Positions 1-13,248 of a stretch of 62,929 bases of DNA are shown piece by piece. The notes under the pieces are model-generated. The model saw only the letters and a list, made by a program, of their open reading frames with translations, was not told where the DNA came from and did not search any database. Made by a program: the position numbers and the translations under genes. The first letter of the stretch is position 1. Each line of letters begins with the position of its first letter. This DNA comes from Nemertoderma westbladi (taxonomy: Eukaryota; Animalia; Xenacoelomorpha). The DNA lies in assembly GCA_032718475.1 (NCBI GenBank), contig JAUCBJ010000772.1, positions 1-62,929 on the forward strand. The letters are read 5' to 3'.

Positions 1-359
1 GCAGTCCTTAACCTAATAATAATATATCTTTAGTTCATGGCAGCCAGCATGGGGGGAGAAACTACGTATTAGCTTTTGCCATTCTAACCAATTTTATCAC
101 TGTATCAAAGTAAAGCAAATAATAATTAGATCAGTTTATCTTCTGATTTGAATGTCAATGACGCCGACGCCAATCCATAGTAGAGTATTAACGTTGTATA
201 TTTTAAATACAATAATTATATTATTGGAACAGCGAGCGTACTGTATACAATAGTACCCGACACTCATCAGGAAAGGCACTGTGTTAACTAAAATTAATTC
301 AGCTGGAACACCATTACCATATCCACCTAACATAATAGCAGATTGAATATTCCCATACG

Positions 360-1850
360 ATTTGAATGCCACACAGTGTGTAACCTGATACAGATAATAA
401 GCATTGATTTTTACATTTCAAACTATAATATTAGCTATAAAGGAGAATCATATTATGTGGCTGCGATTAAACCAAGGTGTACTAAATAACAACTCATGCA
501 GCGAGCGGATTGCTGAAATTAGCGGAGGCCGATCTTTTCCCTATTTATGACACTATTTTCATAATATTTTCTTAGAAACTTCTTGTGTACTTCTTTGGTT
601 AGGTGGATCTGATGACTAGGATTCATAGCAATGTAATAAAATGTGTTTCTGGAATTTTTATCTTGTAGTTGCCAAGGTAACCGGGTGCAAAGTTCAAACT
701 TTGAGCGCCTGTATTTCAAGGCGACAATGGATTCTTCCCTTGAGATTTCGTAGGTGATTAAAGGAAATAAAACGCAATCAAAATATTTTACATTTTAATT
801 TGTTTACATTCCCGTTGCCATGGAAATAAGTATAATGAAAAATTTGAGAAATTGTCTACCAATTCTATAAAACACCATTTTTATTCGGTTTGTCAGTCTA
901 AATAATAAGTTAAAATTGCCAACATTTTATTTTATAATTCGTCAATTGTGAATCATATTTTTAAAAGTCAACATTTGCCAATAAACTAAACTGTCTAATC
1001 AGAGAGCAAGACCTGTTATAGCATGATTTTCACATTCCAGAATATTAAATTTCAGTTAGCAATTATTAGAAATATAGGACAACCACCAGGCATGTTTGTT
1101 GAAAATTATATAAATAGTAAATAGTAGCCCAATTTCAATCTGGCGGTCATAATGGGAAATTATCGTAATTCCCGTCACCATGGAAACGGGATTGAAAAAA
1201 AATTAAATGTAAAATATTTTGATAGACTTTTATTCCCTTTACTCATATACCAAATCTCAAGAACAGAATCCCTTGTCGTCTTAAATTACAGGCGCTCGAA
1301 ATTTGAACTTTGCACCCGGTTACCTTGGCAACTACAAGATAAAAATTCCAGAAACACATTTTATTACATTTCTATGAATCCTAGTCATCATATCCACCTA
1401 ACCAAAGTAGCATATAAGAAGTTTCTAAGGAAATTTTATGAAAAAAGTGCCATAAATAGGGAAAAGATCGGCCTCCGCTAATTTCAGCAATCCGCTCGCT
1501 GCATGAGTTGTTATTTAGTACACCTTGGATTAAACATACACTTGTTTAAACATACAGTCTCCACAGTATTAATGTTTGGCATTAATGAAGCCAACACACT
1601 GTGTACTTAACACGCGTTATTTTACCAATGCGCCCATGGCGTTTTTTCGTTTATCTCTATTTTTCGAGCCCAGAGGCTATGGACGGAGTAGCCGATCATG
1701 CCAGGGATCTTAGAATCGCGGTATCTAGTTGCAGTGAAAATTTCATCAAAACCGTTAGAGGAGTTTCGGTTGTAGATGAGCCAGCCAGTCAGCGGGTCAA
1801 GCAATCAGCCAACAATTCTTACAGTAATCAAGTCTTACGAATTTTTTAAA
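360..1850 (-). mobile_element. Degraded family-B HINE-like element, interrupted by the MITE
   Basis: Shares TTTGAATGCCACAG...GATAATAAGCATTGATTTT and the conserved end block (GCGCC(C/T)ATGGCGTTTTTTCG...GAAAATTTCATCAAAA...CAGC microsatellite...CAATTCTTACAGTAATCAAGTC) with 9984-11742. The terminus is decayed and the left boundary is approximate. Confidence 0.55.
472..1528. mobile_element. Non-autonomous TIR DNA transposon (MITE) with ~350-bp terminal inverted repeats and a 6-bp target-site duplication
   Basis: 472-~823 (CCAAGGTGTACTAAATAACAACTCATGCAGCGAGCGG...) is the near-perfect reverse complement of ~1178-1528. ATTAAA flanks both ends (466-471, 1529-1534). The element interrupts a repeat unit seen uninterrupted at ~10340-10430. 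Superfamily not assignable. Confidence 0.85.
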
Positions 1851-1892
1851 CATACAGTCTCCACAGTATTCATGTTTGGCATTAATGTAGCC

Positions 1893-3169
1893 ATTTCGAA
1901 ACCACGCTGGTGCGATGCGCGATATCGTGTTTAGTTAATAAATTGAAAACTCCATCAATTCATGTGCAACCAGTAATAAGAAATCGCGATAAATGTAATT
2001 AAATAAATATTATTCTAGAAAAATTTTCCTCAAAAAGTATGAAGTCTTGGCATTGGTGACGCGAAACTAGGCTAGTGAGATTCAGGATATTGCGTTTAAT
2101 ATAAAAATCGAAAACGTTATCGAATTCCGTAAAGGCGTTAATAAAATACTGCAACTTTTTTGAAATTTGTAAAATTCTAGAACTAGAAAAAAATAATTTT
2201 TGAACGGCGTTGTTTGGGTTTTCGAAACATGGATAGGCTGAAAGAGGACATCGAATTAAGTTGAAAAATGAAAACCCCATCGAATTTGGACAAAGCGTTC
2301 CGGAGTTATAGCGAATCGAAAAAAATTGACCCCCCCCAGTCGCCAAAAATTTACAGTAATTTAAAATTTTGCAAAAAAAAATTTTTGCGTTATTTTTGAT
2401 GGCGAATCGATTGGCAGTACTGGCTACAAAAAATTTTTTTTTTGAAATTTTTGGTCAGAAAAAAAACATGGAAAAAGTATATTTTAAAAAAGATTTGATG
2501 TCTTTGCCTATGGTCAGAGAATGATCCAACTCTGTACTTGGCAATCGCTCAAATCCATTCAGCTGAATGGCACAGTAGAGTAAACTAAAGTAAATTCCCT
2601 ATACAATGTTCTGAAGGGGAGACTGACAGAGAGTAATCCAACAATAAAACATTTTGCAATAATGTTGGCATTAATGTAGCCAACTCACTGTGTACTTAAC
2701 AGTCATTCAGCTTACATTAGCAGAGTGAGATATTCCCATAGATTGCATTGGGAAGAGTAATTCAGCTGAGGCGATATTAGATTTCAAACTAAACCAACAA
2801 GTTAATGTTTGCTTTGACAGAGAGTGGTGGCCTATACAAACAGTATGGGTGTACTGAGTATAATAATCTTGGCAACCTCATCGATTTATTACTAAGCCTT
2901 GTGTAGAAATGCATTACATAAGCCATTTTTCATCAGGACACCAGCTGTCATTGGTGTTATTTTACTATTGCGCCTATGGCGTTTTTTCGTTCTCTATTTT
3001 TCGAGCCCAGAGGCTATGGACGGAGTAGCCGATCATGCCAGGGACCTTAGAATCGCGGTATCTAGATGCTGTGAAAATTTCATTAAAATCGTTAGAGTAG
3101 TTTTGGCTGTAGATCAGCCAGCCAGTCAGCCACGAGCAATTCTTACAGTAATGAACCTCTCGGTTCCTA
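1893..3169 (-). mobile_element. Truncated family-A HINE-like element (internal type 2)
   Basis: Nearly identical to ~11960-13248 and ends in GAACCTCTCGGTTCCTAA. The hairpin end is missing. Confidence 0.7.
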
Positions 3170-5361
3170 ACTAGTGACGGGCCTAGCGGCCCGATAAGGA
3201 ACCGACTTTTTATTCCAAATAAAGGAGACAACGAGCTCGGCTCGGTCTGGCATGATTGGGCTCGATTCAGTTCGACTTGGCTTGATCGGCTCGGTTTGGC
3301 TCGATTGGGCTCGACTCGACTCAGCTCGATTCGGCTCAATCAGCTTGATTGGGTTCGACTCGGCTTGGTTCGGCTCAATTGGGCTCGACTCGGCTCGATT
3401 GGTCTCGACTCGGCTCGATTGGGCTTGAATCGGCTCGATTGGTCTCGACTCGGCTCGATTGGGCTTGAATCGGCTCGATTGGGATTAATTGGGCTTGACT
3501 CGGATCGATTTGGCTCAACTTGGCTCAGTCCGGCTCGACTGGGCTTGGTCCGGCTCAATTGGGCTCGACTAGGCTTGATTGGGCTCTACTCGGCTCTATT
3601 GGGCTCGACTCGGTTCGATTGGGCTTAACTCGGCTCAGTCGGGCTCGACTCGGCTTGATTAGGCTCAACTCGGCTCCGTCCGGATCAATTGGGCTCGACT
3701 CGGCTTGATTGGTCTTGACTCGACTCAGTCTGGCTCAATTTGGCATGTCACGGCTCGATTGGTTTCGGCTCAGCTCGGTCTGAGTCGACTCAGCTCGATT
3801 CGGCTCAATCGGCTCGATTCGGTTCGACTTGGCTCGGTCCGGCTCGACTTGGCTCAATTGGGCTCGATTCGGCTCAATCCGCTCAACTCGGCTCGATTGG
3901 GATTGATTGGGCTTGACCCGGTTCGATTTGGCTCAACTTGGCACAGTCTGGCTCGATTGGGCTCGACTTGGCCCAGTCCGGCTCAATTGGGCTCGACTAG
4001 GATTGATTGGGCTCGACTCGGCTCTATTGGGCTCGACTCGACTCGATTGGGCTTGAATCGGCTCAGTCTGGCTCGCTCGGCTTAATTGGGCTCAACTCGG
4101 CTCCGTTCGGCTCGATTGGGCTCGACTCGGCTTGATCGCCTCGATTGGTTCTATTCGGCTCGATCGGTATGATTCGGCTCGATTGACACATGCTGCTGGA
4201 AGGGTCAAAGCCAAACTCACGTGCTGCTCGAAGGGACAAAGTCAAACAGTGTGTCTATTATTTGATGTAACTCACGTGCTGCTCGAAGGGCACAACATCA
4301 TATATCAAGGGTCAAAGCAAAACTCACGTGCTGCTCGAAGGGACAAAGTCAAACAGTGTGTCTATTATTTGATGTAACTCACGTGCTGCTCGAAGGGCGC
4401 AAATACATATATCGAAGGGTCAAAGCCAAACTCACGTGCTGCTCGAAGGGACAACTCAAACATTGTGTCTAATATTTGATTAACTCACGTGCTGCTCGAA
4501 GGGCGCAACTACATATATCGAAACAAGCCCTTGTCTTGTATTTTAATTATATCAGAAATCCTTGCCTTCAGTACAAAATATCTAAAAATTCATTTACCTG
4601 AAGTATGGGTAACATCATAAATTCGCTTTTCACACAGTAGTTAACTAAAGCAAATACCCTTCAGGTTGACTGAATGATTTTATTAATGTTTGCCCTGCAT
4701 ATGCATAATGTACTATATTTGGGTCCCATGACCCACCCCATTGCTTACATCTGATAGAGAGTAATCCCAAATTAACTTCCCTCTACGAAAATTATTTTAA
4801 TTAAATACATACAACATGGCAGTCAACTCTACACTCAACAGTACACAATAACTAAAATGGCATTCAGCTTACCAGCTATTCGCATTAAGCTAATAGATAT
4901 TCGATTTCATTCGATTCAGTGAGTGTGTGAGGGCTATTGGGAGAGCAATCAGCTTATGATGTAATACATTAGAAGCCCACAGCTTATGTTTGCTCACTGT
5001 CTGAGTTGTAGAGTGAGGATAATACTTGGCACAGAAAGCATTTCCTTGTTAGGTGGCCATTCCTATAGAATAGCATTACTAGGCCATCTCTATCCATTTT
5101 TCATGAGTGCCAGCTGGTGTTTTTATCATTGCGCCTATGGCGTTTTTTCGTTTATGTCTATTTTTCGAGCCCACGGCTCATGGACGAAATAGCGGAACAT
5201 ACCAGGGACCTTAGAATCGCGGTATCTAGCCGCTGTGAAAATTTCATCAAAATCGTTAGAGTAGTTTTGGCTGTAGATCAGTCAGTCAGTCAGTCAGTCA
5301 GTCAGTCAGCCAGCCAGCCAGTCTCGAGCAATTCTTACAGTAATGAACCTCTCGGTTCCTA
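3170..5361 (-). mobile_element. Family-A HINE (Helentron-associated non-autonomous element), internal type 1 with degenerate GCTCG pentamer tract
   Basis: On the minus strand: 5' TTAGGAACCGA subterminal IR plus short hairpin (GGAACC-GAGA-GGTTC), then a (CTGA/CTGG)n microsatellite. The 3' end has the TCGGTTCCT subterminal IR, palindrome CGGGCC-GCTA-GGCCCG and terminal CTAGT. This is the established HINE/DINE-1 architecture. Confidence 0.8.
4216..4503 (+). repeat. Six copies of ACTCACGTGCTGCTCGAAGGG separated by two alternating spacer types
   Basis: Read directly. Four-copy versions occur at ~7035-7236 and ~8810-8993 in the sister HINEs. Confidence 0.85.
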
Positions 5362-8028
5362 ACTAGTGACGGGCCTAGCGGCCCGATAAGGAACCGACTT
5401 TTTATTTCAATTAAAAGAGACAACGAGCTCGGCTCGGTCTTGCACGATTGGGCACGATTTAGTTCGACTTGGCTTGATCGGCTCGGTTTGGCTCGATTAG
5501 GCTCGGCTCCGCTCTATCTGACTCGACTCAGCTTGATTCGGCTCAATCGGCTCGATTGGGTTCGACTCGGCTCGGTCCAGCTCGACTTGGCTCAATTGAG
5601 CTCGATTCAGCTCAATCTGCTCGACTCGGCTCGAATCAGCTCAATTGGGATTGATTGGGCTTGACTCGGCTCGATTTGGCTCAACTTGGCTCAGTCTGGC
5701 TCGATTGGGCTCGACTTGGCTCGGTCCGGCTCAATTGGGCTCGACTAGGCTTGATTGGGCTCGATCCGGCTCTATTGGGCTCGACTCGATTCGATTTGGG
5801 CTTGTCTCGGCTCAGTCTGGCTCGACTCGGCTCGATTGGGCTCAACTCGGCTCGATTGGGCTCGACTCGGCTTGATTGGGCTCAATCTGGGCTCAATTTG
5901 GCATGACACGGCTCGACTCGGCTCGACTCGGCTCGGCTCGGCTCGGCTCGGCTCGGCTTGGCTCGGCTCGGCTCGGCTCGGCTCGGCTCGGCTCGGCTCG
6001 GCTCGGCTCGGCTCGGCTCGGCTCGGTTCGGCTCGGCTCGGCTCGGCTCGGCTCGGCTCGGCTCGGCTCGGCTCGGCTCGGCTCGGCTCGGCTCGGCTCG
6101 GCTCGGCTCGGCTCGGCTCGGCTCGGCTCGGCTCGGCTCGGCTCGGCTCGGCTCGGCTCGGCTCGGCTCGGCTCGGCTCGGCTCGGCTCGGGTCGGCTCG
6201 GCTCGGCTCGGGTCGGCTCGGATCGGGTCGGCTCGGGTCGGCTCGGCTTGGATCGGTTCAGCTCGGCTCGGCTTGGCTCGGCTCGGGTCGGCTCGGGTCG
6301 GCTCGGGTCGGCTCGGCTCGGGTCGGGTCGGCTCGGCTCGGCTCTGCTCGGCTCGGTTCGGCTCGGCTCGGCTCGGCTCGGTTTGGCTCGGCTCGACTCG
6401 GCTCGGCTCGGCTCGGCTCGGCTCGGCTCGGCTCGGCTCGGCTCGGCTCGGCTCGGCTCGGCTCGGCTCGGCTCGGCTCGGCTCGGCTCGGCTCGGCTCG
6501 GCTCGGCTCGGCTCTGCTCTGCTTGGCTCGGCTCGGCTCGGCTCGGCTCGGCTCGGCTCGGCTCGGCTCGGCTCGGCTCGGCTCGGCTCGGCTCGGCTCG
6601 GCTCGGCTCGGCTCGGCTCGGCTCGGTCTGAGTCGACTCAGCTCAACTCAGCTCGATTCGGCTCGATTGGGTTCGACTTGGCTCGGTCCGGCTCGACTTG
6701 GCTCAATTGGGCTTGATTCGGCTCAATCTGCACGACTCGGCTCGATTGGGATTGATTGGGCTTGACTTGGCTCGATTTGGCTCAACTTGGCTCAGTCCGG
6801 CTCAATTGGGCTCGGTCCAGCTCAATTGGGCTCGACTAGGATTGATTGGGCTCGAATCGGCTCTATTGGGCTCGACTCGACTCGATTGGGCTTGACTAGG
6901 CTCAGTCTGGCTCGACTCGGCTTGATTGGGCTCAACTCCGCTCTGTTCGGCTCGATTGGGCTCGACTCGGCTTGATCACCTCGATTGGTTCTATTCGGCT
7001 CAATCGGTATGATTCGGCTCGATTGACACACGATGCTGGAAGGGTCAAAGCCAAACTCACGTGCTGCTCGAAGGGACAAAGTCAAACAGTGTGTCTATTA
7101 TTTGATGTAACTCATGTGCTGCTCGAAGGGCGCAACATCATATATCAAGGGTCAAAGCAAAACTCACGTGCTGCTAGAAGGGACAAAGTCAAACATTGTG
7201 TCTAATATTTGATTAACTCACGTGCTGCTCGAAGGGCGCAATTACATATCGAAACAAGCCCCTGTCTTATATTTTAATAATAATATAATAATATACACTC
7301 CCCAACGGGGTAAATGAAATTCGGTAAAATCATATTATTATTTTATCAATAAAATAGATATAAAATAAAAATAAAAATAAAAATAAATCAATTTGTATTT
7401 TAATTATATCAGAAATCGTTGCCATGCTTAATGTACTATATTTGGGTCCCATGACCCACCCCATTGAACAGCTTTGCTTAAATCTCATAGAGAGTAATCC
7501 CAAATTAACTTCCCTCTACGAAAATTATTTTAATTAAATACATGCAACATAGCAGTCTACTCTACAGTCAACAGTAGTAGGCCTACACAATAACTAAAAT
7601 GGCATTCAGCTTACCAGCTATTCGCATTAAGCTAATAGATATTCGATTTCATTGGATTCAGTGAGTGTGTGAGGGCTATTGGGAGAGCAATCAGCTTATG
7701 ATGTAATACATTAGAATCCCACGGCTTTTGTTTGCTTACTGTCTGAGTTGTAGAGTGAGGATAATACTTGGCAGAGAAAGCATTTCCTTGTTAGGTGGCC
7801 ATTCCTATAGAATAGCATTACTAGGCTATCTCTATCCATTTTTCATGAGTGCCAGCTGGTGTTTTTTATCATTGCGCCTATGGCGTTTTTTCGTTTATGT
7901 CTATTTTTCGAGCCCACGGCTCATGGACGAAATAGCGGAACATACCAGGGACCTTAGAATCGCGGTATCTAGCCGCTGTGAAAATTTCATCAAAATCGTT
8001 AGAGTAGTTTTGACTGTAGATCAGCCAG
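5362..8028 (-). mobile_element. Family-A HINE, type 1, with expanded pure (GCTCG)n array; fused to the next copy by a junction deletion
   Basis: Starts with ACTAGTGACGGGCCTAGCGGCCCGATAAGGAACCGA. At ~8028 the end block runs directly into CTTTTTATTTCAAATAAAAGAGAC of the next copy, so both termini are lost there. Confidence 0.75.
5910..6627 (+). repeat. (GCTCG)n pentanucleotide array, ~140 units, embedded in a degenerate pentamer tract (~5425-7020)
   Basis: Read directly. Degenerate GCTCG/ACTCG/ATTGG tracts also occur at ~3235-4180 and ~8055-8780. Confidence 0.95.
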
Positions 8029-9983
8029 CTTTTTATTTCAAATAAAAGAGACAATGAGCTCGGCTCGGTCTGGCACGATTGGGCTCGATTCAGTTCGACT
8101 TGGCTTGATTGGCTCGGTTTGGCTCGATTGGGCTAGACTCGGCTTGATTGGGCTCGACTTGACACATCTCGATTCGGCTCAATCGGCTTGATTGGGTTCG
8201 ACTCGGCTCGGTCCGGCTCGACTTGGCTCGACTCGGCTCGATTGGGCTCGAATCGGCTCGATTGGGATTGATTGGGCTTGACTCGGCTCAACTTAGCTCA
8301 GTCCGGCTCGACTGGGCTCGGTCCAGGTCAATTGGGCTCGACTAGGCTTGATTGGGCTCAACTCGGCTCTATTGGGCTCGACTCGATTCGATTGGGCTTA
8401 ACTCGGCTCAGTCTGGCTCGACTCGGCTTGATTAGACTCAACTCGGCTCGATTGGGCTCGACTCAGCGTGATTGGTCTCGACTCGACTCAGTCCGGCTCA
8501 ATTTGGCGTGACACAGCTCGACTCGGCTCGATTGGGCTCAGCTCGGCTCGGTCTGAGTCGACTCAACTCGATTTGGCTCAATCGATTCGATTTGGCTCAA
8601 CTTGGCTCTATTGGGCTCGACTCGACTCAATTGGGCTTTACTCGGCTCAGTCTGGTTCGACTCAGCTTGATTGGGCTCAACTCGGCTCCGTTCGGCTTGA
8701 CTCGGCTCAATTGGGCTCGATTCTGCTTCATCGCCTCGATGGGTTCTATTAGGCTCGATCGGTATGATTCAGCTCGATTGACACACGCTGCTGGAAGGGT
8801 CAGAGCCAAACTCACATGCTGCTCGAAGGGACAAAGTCAAACAGTGTGTCTATTATTTGATGTAACTCACGTGCTGCTCGAAGGGCGCAAATACATATAT
8901 CGAAGGGTCAAAGCCAAACTCACGTGGCTGCTCGAAGGGACAAAGTCAAACATTGTGTCTAATATTTGATTAACTCACGTGCTGCTCGAAGGGCGCAACT
9001 ACATATATCGAAACAAGCCCCTGTCTTGTATTTTAATAATAATGTAATAAATAATATACACTTCCCAACGGGCTAAATGAAATTCGGTAAAATCATAATA
9101 TTATTTTATCAATAAATGGATATAAAATAAAAATAAGAATAAAAAATAAAAATGAATCAATTTGTATTTTAATTATATCAGAAATCGTTGCCTTCAGTAC
9201 AAAATATCTAAAAATTCATTTACCTGAAGTATGGGTAACATTATAAATTCGCTTTTCGCACAGTAGTTAACTAAAGCAAATACGCTTCAGGTTGACTGAA
9301 TGATTTTATTAATGTTTGCCATGCATAATGTATTATATTTGGGTTCCATGACCCACCCCATTGATTGAACAGCTTTGCTTACATCAGATAGAGAGTAATC
9401 CCAAATTAACTTCCCTCTACGAAAATGATTTTAATTAAATACATACAACCTAGCAGTCAACTCTACAGTCAACAGTTCACATTAACTAAAATGGCATTCA
9501 GCTTACCAGCTATTCGCATTAAGCTAATAGATATTCGATTTCATTCGATTCCATGAGTGTGTGAGGGCTATTGGGAGAGCAATCAGCTTATGGTGTAATA
9601 CATTAGAATCCCACGGCTTTTGTTTGCTTACTGTCTGAGTTGTAGAGTGAGGATAATACTTGGCACAGAAAGCATTTCCTTGTTAGGTGGCCATTCCTAT
9701 AGAATAGCATTACTATAGGCCATCTCTATCCATTTTTTCATGAGTGCCAGCTGGTGTTTTTATCATTGCGCCTATGGCGTTTTTTCGTTTATGTCTATTT
9801 TTCGAGCCCACGGCTCATGGACGAAATAGCGGAACATACCAGGGACCTTAGAATCGCGGTATCTAGCCGCTGTGAAAATTTCATCAAAATCGTTAGAGTA
9901 GTTTTGGCTGTAGATCAGTCAGCCAGTCAGTCAGCCAGTCAATCAGCAAACAATTCTTACAGTAATGAACCTCTCGGTTCCTA
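8029..9983 (-). mobile_element. Family-A HINE, type 1
   Basis: Homologous to 3170-5361 and ends in GAACCTCTCGGTTCCTAA at 9983. Confidence 0.78.
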
Positions 9984-11742
9984 ACTAGAGACGGCGTCAA
10001 GACGCCGTTAAGCAAGTCGGAAGTCGTCAATCAAAGGTAAGTTCCCTCAACAATGTTTACCTATGTTCAGAAGGGAAGTGTTATTTACCTATGGTCAGAG
10101 AGAGATCCCACTCCTGCACTCTGTAATTTGCAATTGCTCAAATCCATTCAGCTGAATGACTCTGTAGAGTAAACTAAAGTAAATTCCCTCAGCCTCAACA
10201 GCGTTTGCCTATGGTGTGAAGGGAATCTGACAGAGAATAATCTTAGCCACTAAATGTCATTCACCCAACAAAAAATTTTGAATGCCACAGTGATTAACCC
10301 AATACCGATAATAAGCAGTTATTTTTATATTTCAAACTATAATGTTAGTGTAAGCCTTACAGAGTATCAGTATGAGGCTGAGTAAACATTCCGCCTTATA
10401 AGCATACAGCCTCCACAGTATTAATGTTGGCCGAAAGATTTAAAAATAAAATACAGTGCAATAGTACTCTGTAACCTACAGTCATTCAGCTTGCACTAAA
10501 TATCAATCACCTATAAAACATTTAAACATTTTGAATGCCACAGTGTGTAACCTGATACAGATAATAAGCATTGATTTTTATGTTTTAAACTATAAGTATA
10601 ACGTTAGTGTTAGCCTTACAGAGTATCAGTATGAGGCTGAGTAAACATTCCGCCTTATAAGCATACAGCCTCCACAGTATTAATGTTGGCCAAAAGATTT
10701 AAAAATAAAATACAGTGCAATAGTACTCTGTAACCTACAGTCATTCAGCTTGCACTAAATGTAAATCACCTATAAAACATTTAAACATTTTGAATGCCAC
10801 AGTGTGTAACCTGATACAGATAATAAGCATTGATTTTTATGTTTTAAACTATAAGTATAACGTTAGTGTTAGCCTTACAGAGTATCAGTATGAAGCTGAG
10901 TAAACATTCGCCTTATAAGCATACAACCTCCAAAGTATTAATGTTGGACGAAAGATTTAAAAATAAAATACAGTGCAGTAGTACTCTGTAACTAACAGTC
11001 ATTCAGCTTGCACTAAATGTCAATCACCTATAAAACATTTTGAATGCCACAGTGATTATTAACCCAATACAGATAATAAGAAGTGATTTTTATATTTCAA
11101 ACTATAATGTTAGTGTAAGCCTTACAGAGTATCAGTATAAGGCTGAGTAAACATTCCACCTTATAAGCATACTGCCTCCACAGTATTAATGTTGGCATTA
11201 ATGTAGCCGATACACTGTATACCTAATAGTCATTCAGCAGGGGGAAGAGTTATTCAGCTGAGGCGGTAATCGATTGCAAACTAAACCAACCAGTTGGCAG
11301 CCTCATCGATTTATACTAAGCCTGTGTATAACCACAAACTAAATCAACCAGTTAATATTTGCTTTGACAGAGAGTGCAGGGCCTAAACAAACAGTATGGG
11401 TGTACTAAGTACAATAATCTTGGCAACCTCATTGATTTATACTAAGCCTTGTGTAGAAATGCATTACATAAGCCATTTTTCATCAGGACACCAGCTGTCA
11501 TTGGTGTTATTTTACCATTGCGCCTATGGCGTTTTTTCGTTTATCTCTATTTTTCGAGCCCAGAGGCTATGGACGGAGTAGCTGATCATACCAGGGACCT
11601 TAGAATCGTCGTATCTAGTCACTGTGAAAATTTCATCAAATTCGTTAGAGCAGTTTTGGCTGTAGATCAGTCAGTCAGTCAGCCAGCCAGTCAGCCAGTC
11701 AGTCAACAATTCTTACAGTAATCAAGTCTAACGACTTGCTAA
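9984..11742 (-). mobile_element. Family-B HINE with internal ~255-bp tandem units
   Basis: Plus-strand start ACTAGAG-ACGGCGTC-AA-GACGCCGT (palindrome) then AGCAAGTCG. The end is CAAGTCTAACGACTTGCTAA, the matching subterminal IR, with a CAGT/CAGC microsatellite nearby. Confidence 0.8.
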
Positions 11743-11756
11743 TAAGATATATTTTT

Positions 11757-13248
11757 ACTAGTGACGGGCCTAGCGGCCCGATAAGGAACCGACTCTTTAT
11801 TTCAAATAAAAGAGACAACGAGAATTAGTATAGAACTAATAATTATGTAAAAATACAATCATATTTCATACAATAATTATTAATAAATTCGATCTATTAT
11901 TAGTTACTCAATTCTAGAACAAAATCGACCTGCAACTAGTGAAGACCTCGTTTTGGAATTTCGAAACCACGCTGGTGCGATGCGCGATATCGTGTTTAGT
12001 TAATAAATTGAAAACTCCATCAATTCATGTGCAACCAGTAATAAGAAATCGCGATAAATGTAATTTAATAAAAATTATTCTAGAAAAATTTTCCTCAAAA
12101 AGTATGAAGTCTTGGCGTTGGTGACGCGAAACTAGGCTAGTGAGATTCAGGATATTGCGTTTAATATAAAAATCGAAAACGCTATCGAATTCCGTAAAGG
12201 CGTTAATAAAATACTGAAACTTTTTTGAAATTTGTAAAATTCTAGAACTGGAAAAGATTATTTTTTGAACGGCGCTGTTTGGGGTTTGGAAACAGGGATA
12301 GGCTGAAAGAGGACATCTAATTAAGTTGAAAAATGAAAACCCCATCGAATTTGGACAAAGCGTTCCGGAGTTATAGCGGATCGAAAAAAATTGACCCCCC
12401 CCCCAGTCGCCAAAAATTTACAGTAATTTAAAATTTTGCAAAAAAAATTTTTTGCGTTATTTTTGATGGCGAATCGATTGGCAGTACTGGCTACGAAAAA
12501 TTTTTTTTTGAAATTTTTGGTCAGAAAAAAAACATGGAAAAAGTATATTTTTAAAAAGATTTGATGTCTTTGCCTATGGTCAGAGAATGATCCAACTCTG
12601 TAACTTGGCAATCGCTCAAATCCATTCAGCTGAATGGCACAGTAGAGTAAACTAAAGTAAATTCCCTATACAATGTTCTGAAGGGGTGACTGACAGAGAG
12701 TAATCCAACAATAAAACATTTTGCAATAATGTTGGCATTAATGTAGCCAACTCACTGTGTACGTAACAGTCATTCAGCTTACATTAGCAGAGTGAGATAT
12801 TCCCATAGATTGCATTGGGAAGAGTAATTCAGCTGAGGCGATATTAGATTTCAAACTAAACCAACCAGTTAATAATGTTTGCTTTGACAGAGTGGTGGCC
12901 TATACAAACAGTATGGGTGTACTGAGTATAATAATCTTGGCAACCTCATCGATTTATTACTAAGCCTTCTGTAGAAATGCATTACATAAGCCATTTTTCA
13001 TCACGACACCAGCTGTCATGGGTGTTATTTTACCATTGCGCCTATGGCGTTTTTTCGTTTATGTCTATTTTTCGAGCCCACGGCTCATGGACGAAATAGC
13101 GGAACATACCAGGGACCTTAGAATCGCGGTATCTAGCCGCTGTGAAAATTTCATCAAAATCGTTAGAGTAGTTTTGGCTGTAGATTAGTCAGTCAGTCAG
13201 CCAGCCAGTCTCGAGCAATTCTTACAGTAATGAACCTCTCGGTTCCTA
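11757..13248 (-). mobile_element. Family-A HINE, internal type 2
   Basis: Same termini as 3170-5361 but a different AT-rich interior, shared with 1893-3169 and 13249-15950. Confidence 0.8.

Noticed and set aside
136-372. 78-aa ORF at the window start
   Set aside because: No recognisable motif or supported splice structure, and it overlaps a repeat edge.
519-1481. Mirror-image ORFs 519-719 (-) and 1152-1481 (+)
   Set aside because: By-products of the MITE terminal inverted repeats, with no transposase motifs.
4216-4503. CRISPR-like repeat-spacer pattern
   Set aside because: Spacers alternate and recur rather than being unique, there are no cas genes, and the context is a eukaryotic transposon.
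3296-8969. Many ORFs rich in ARLGS/SARLG repeats (up to 336 aa)
   Set aside because: They are translations of the stop-free GCTCG pentamer tract, open in all three frames, with no sign of real coding.
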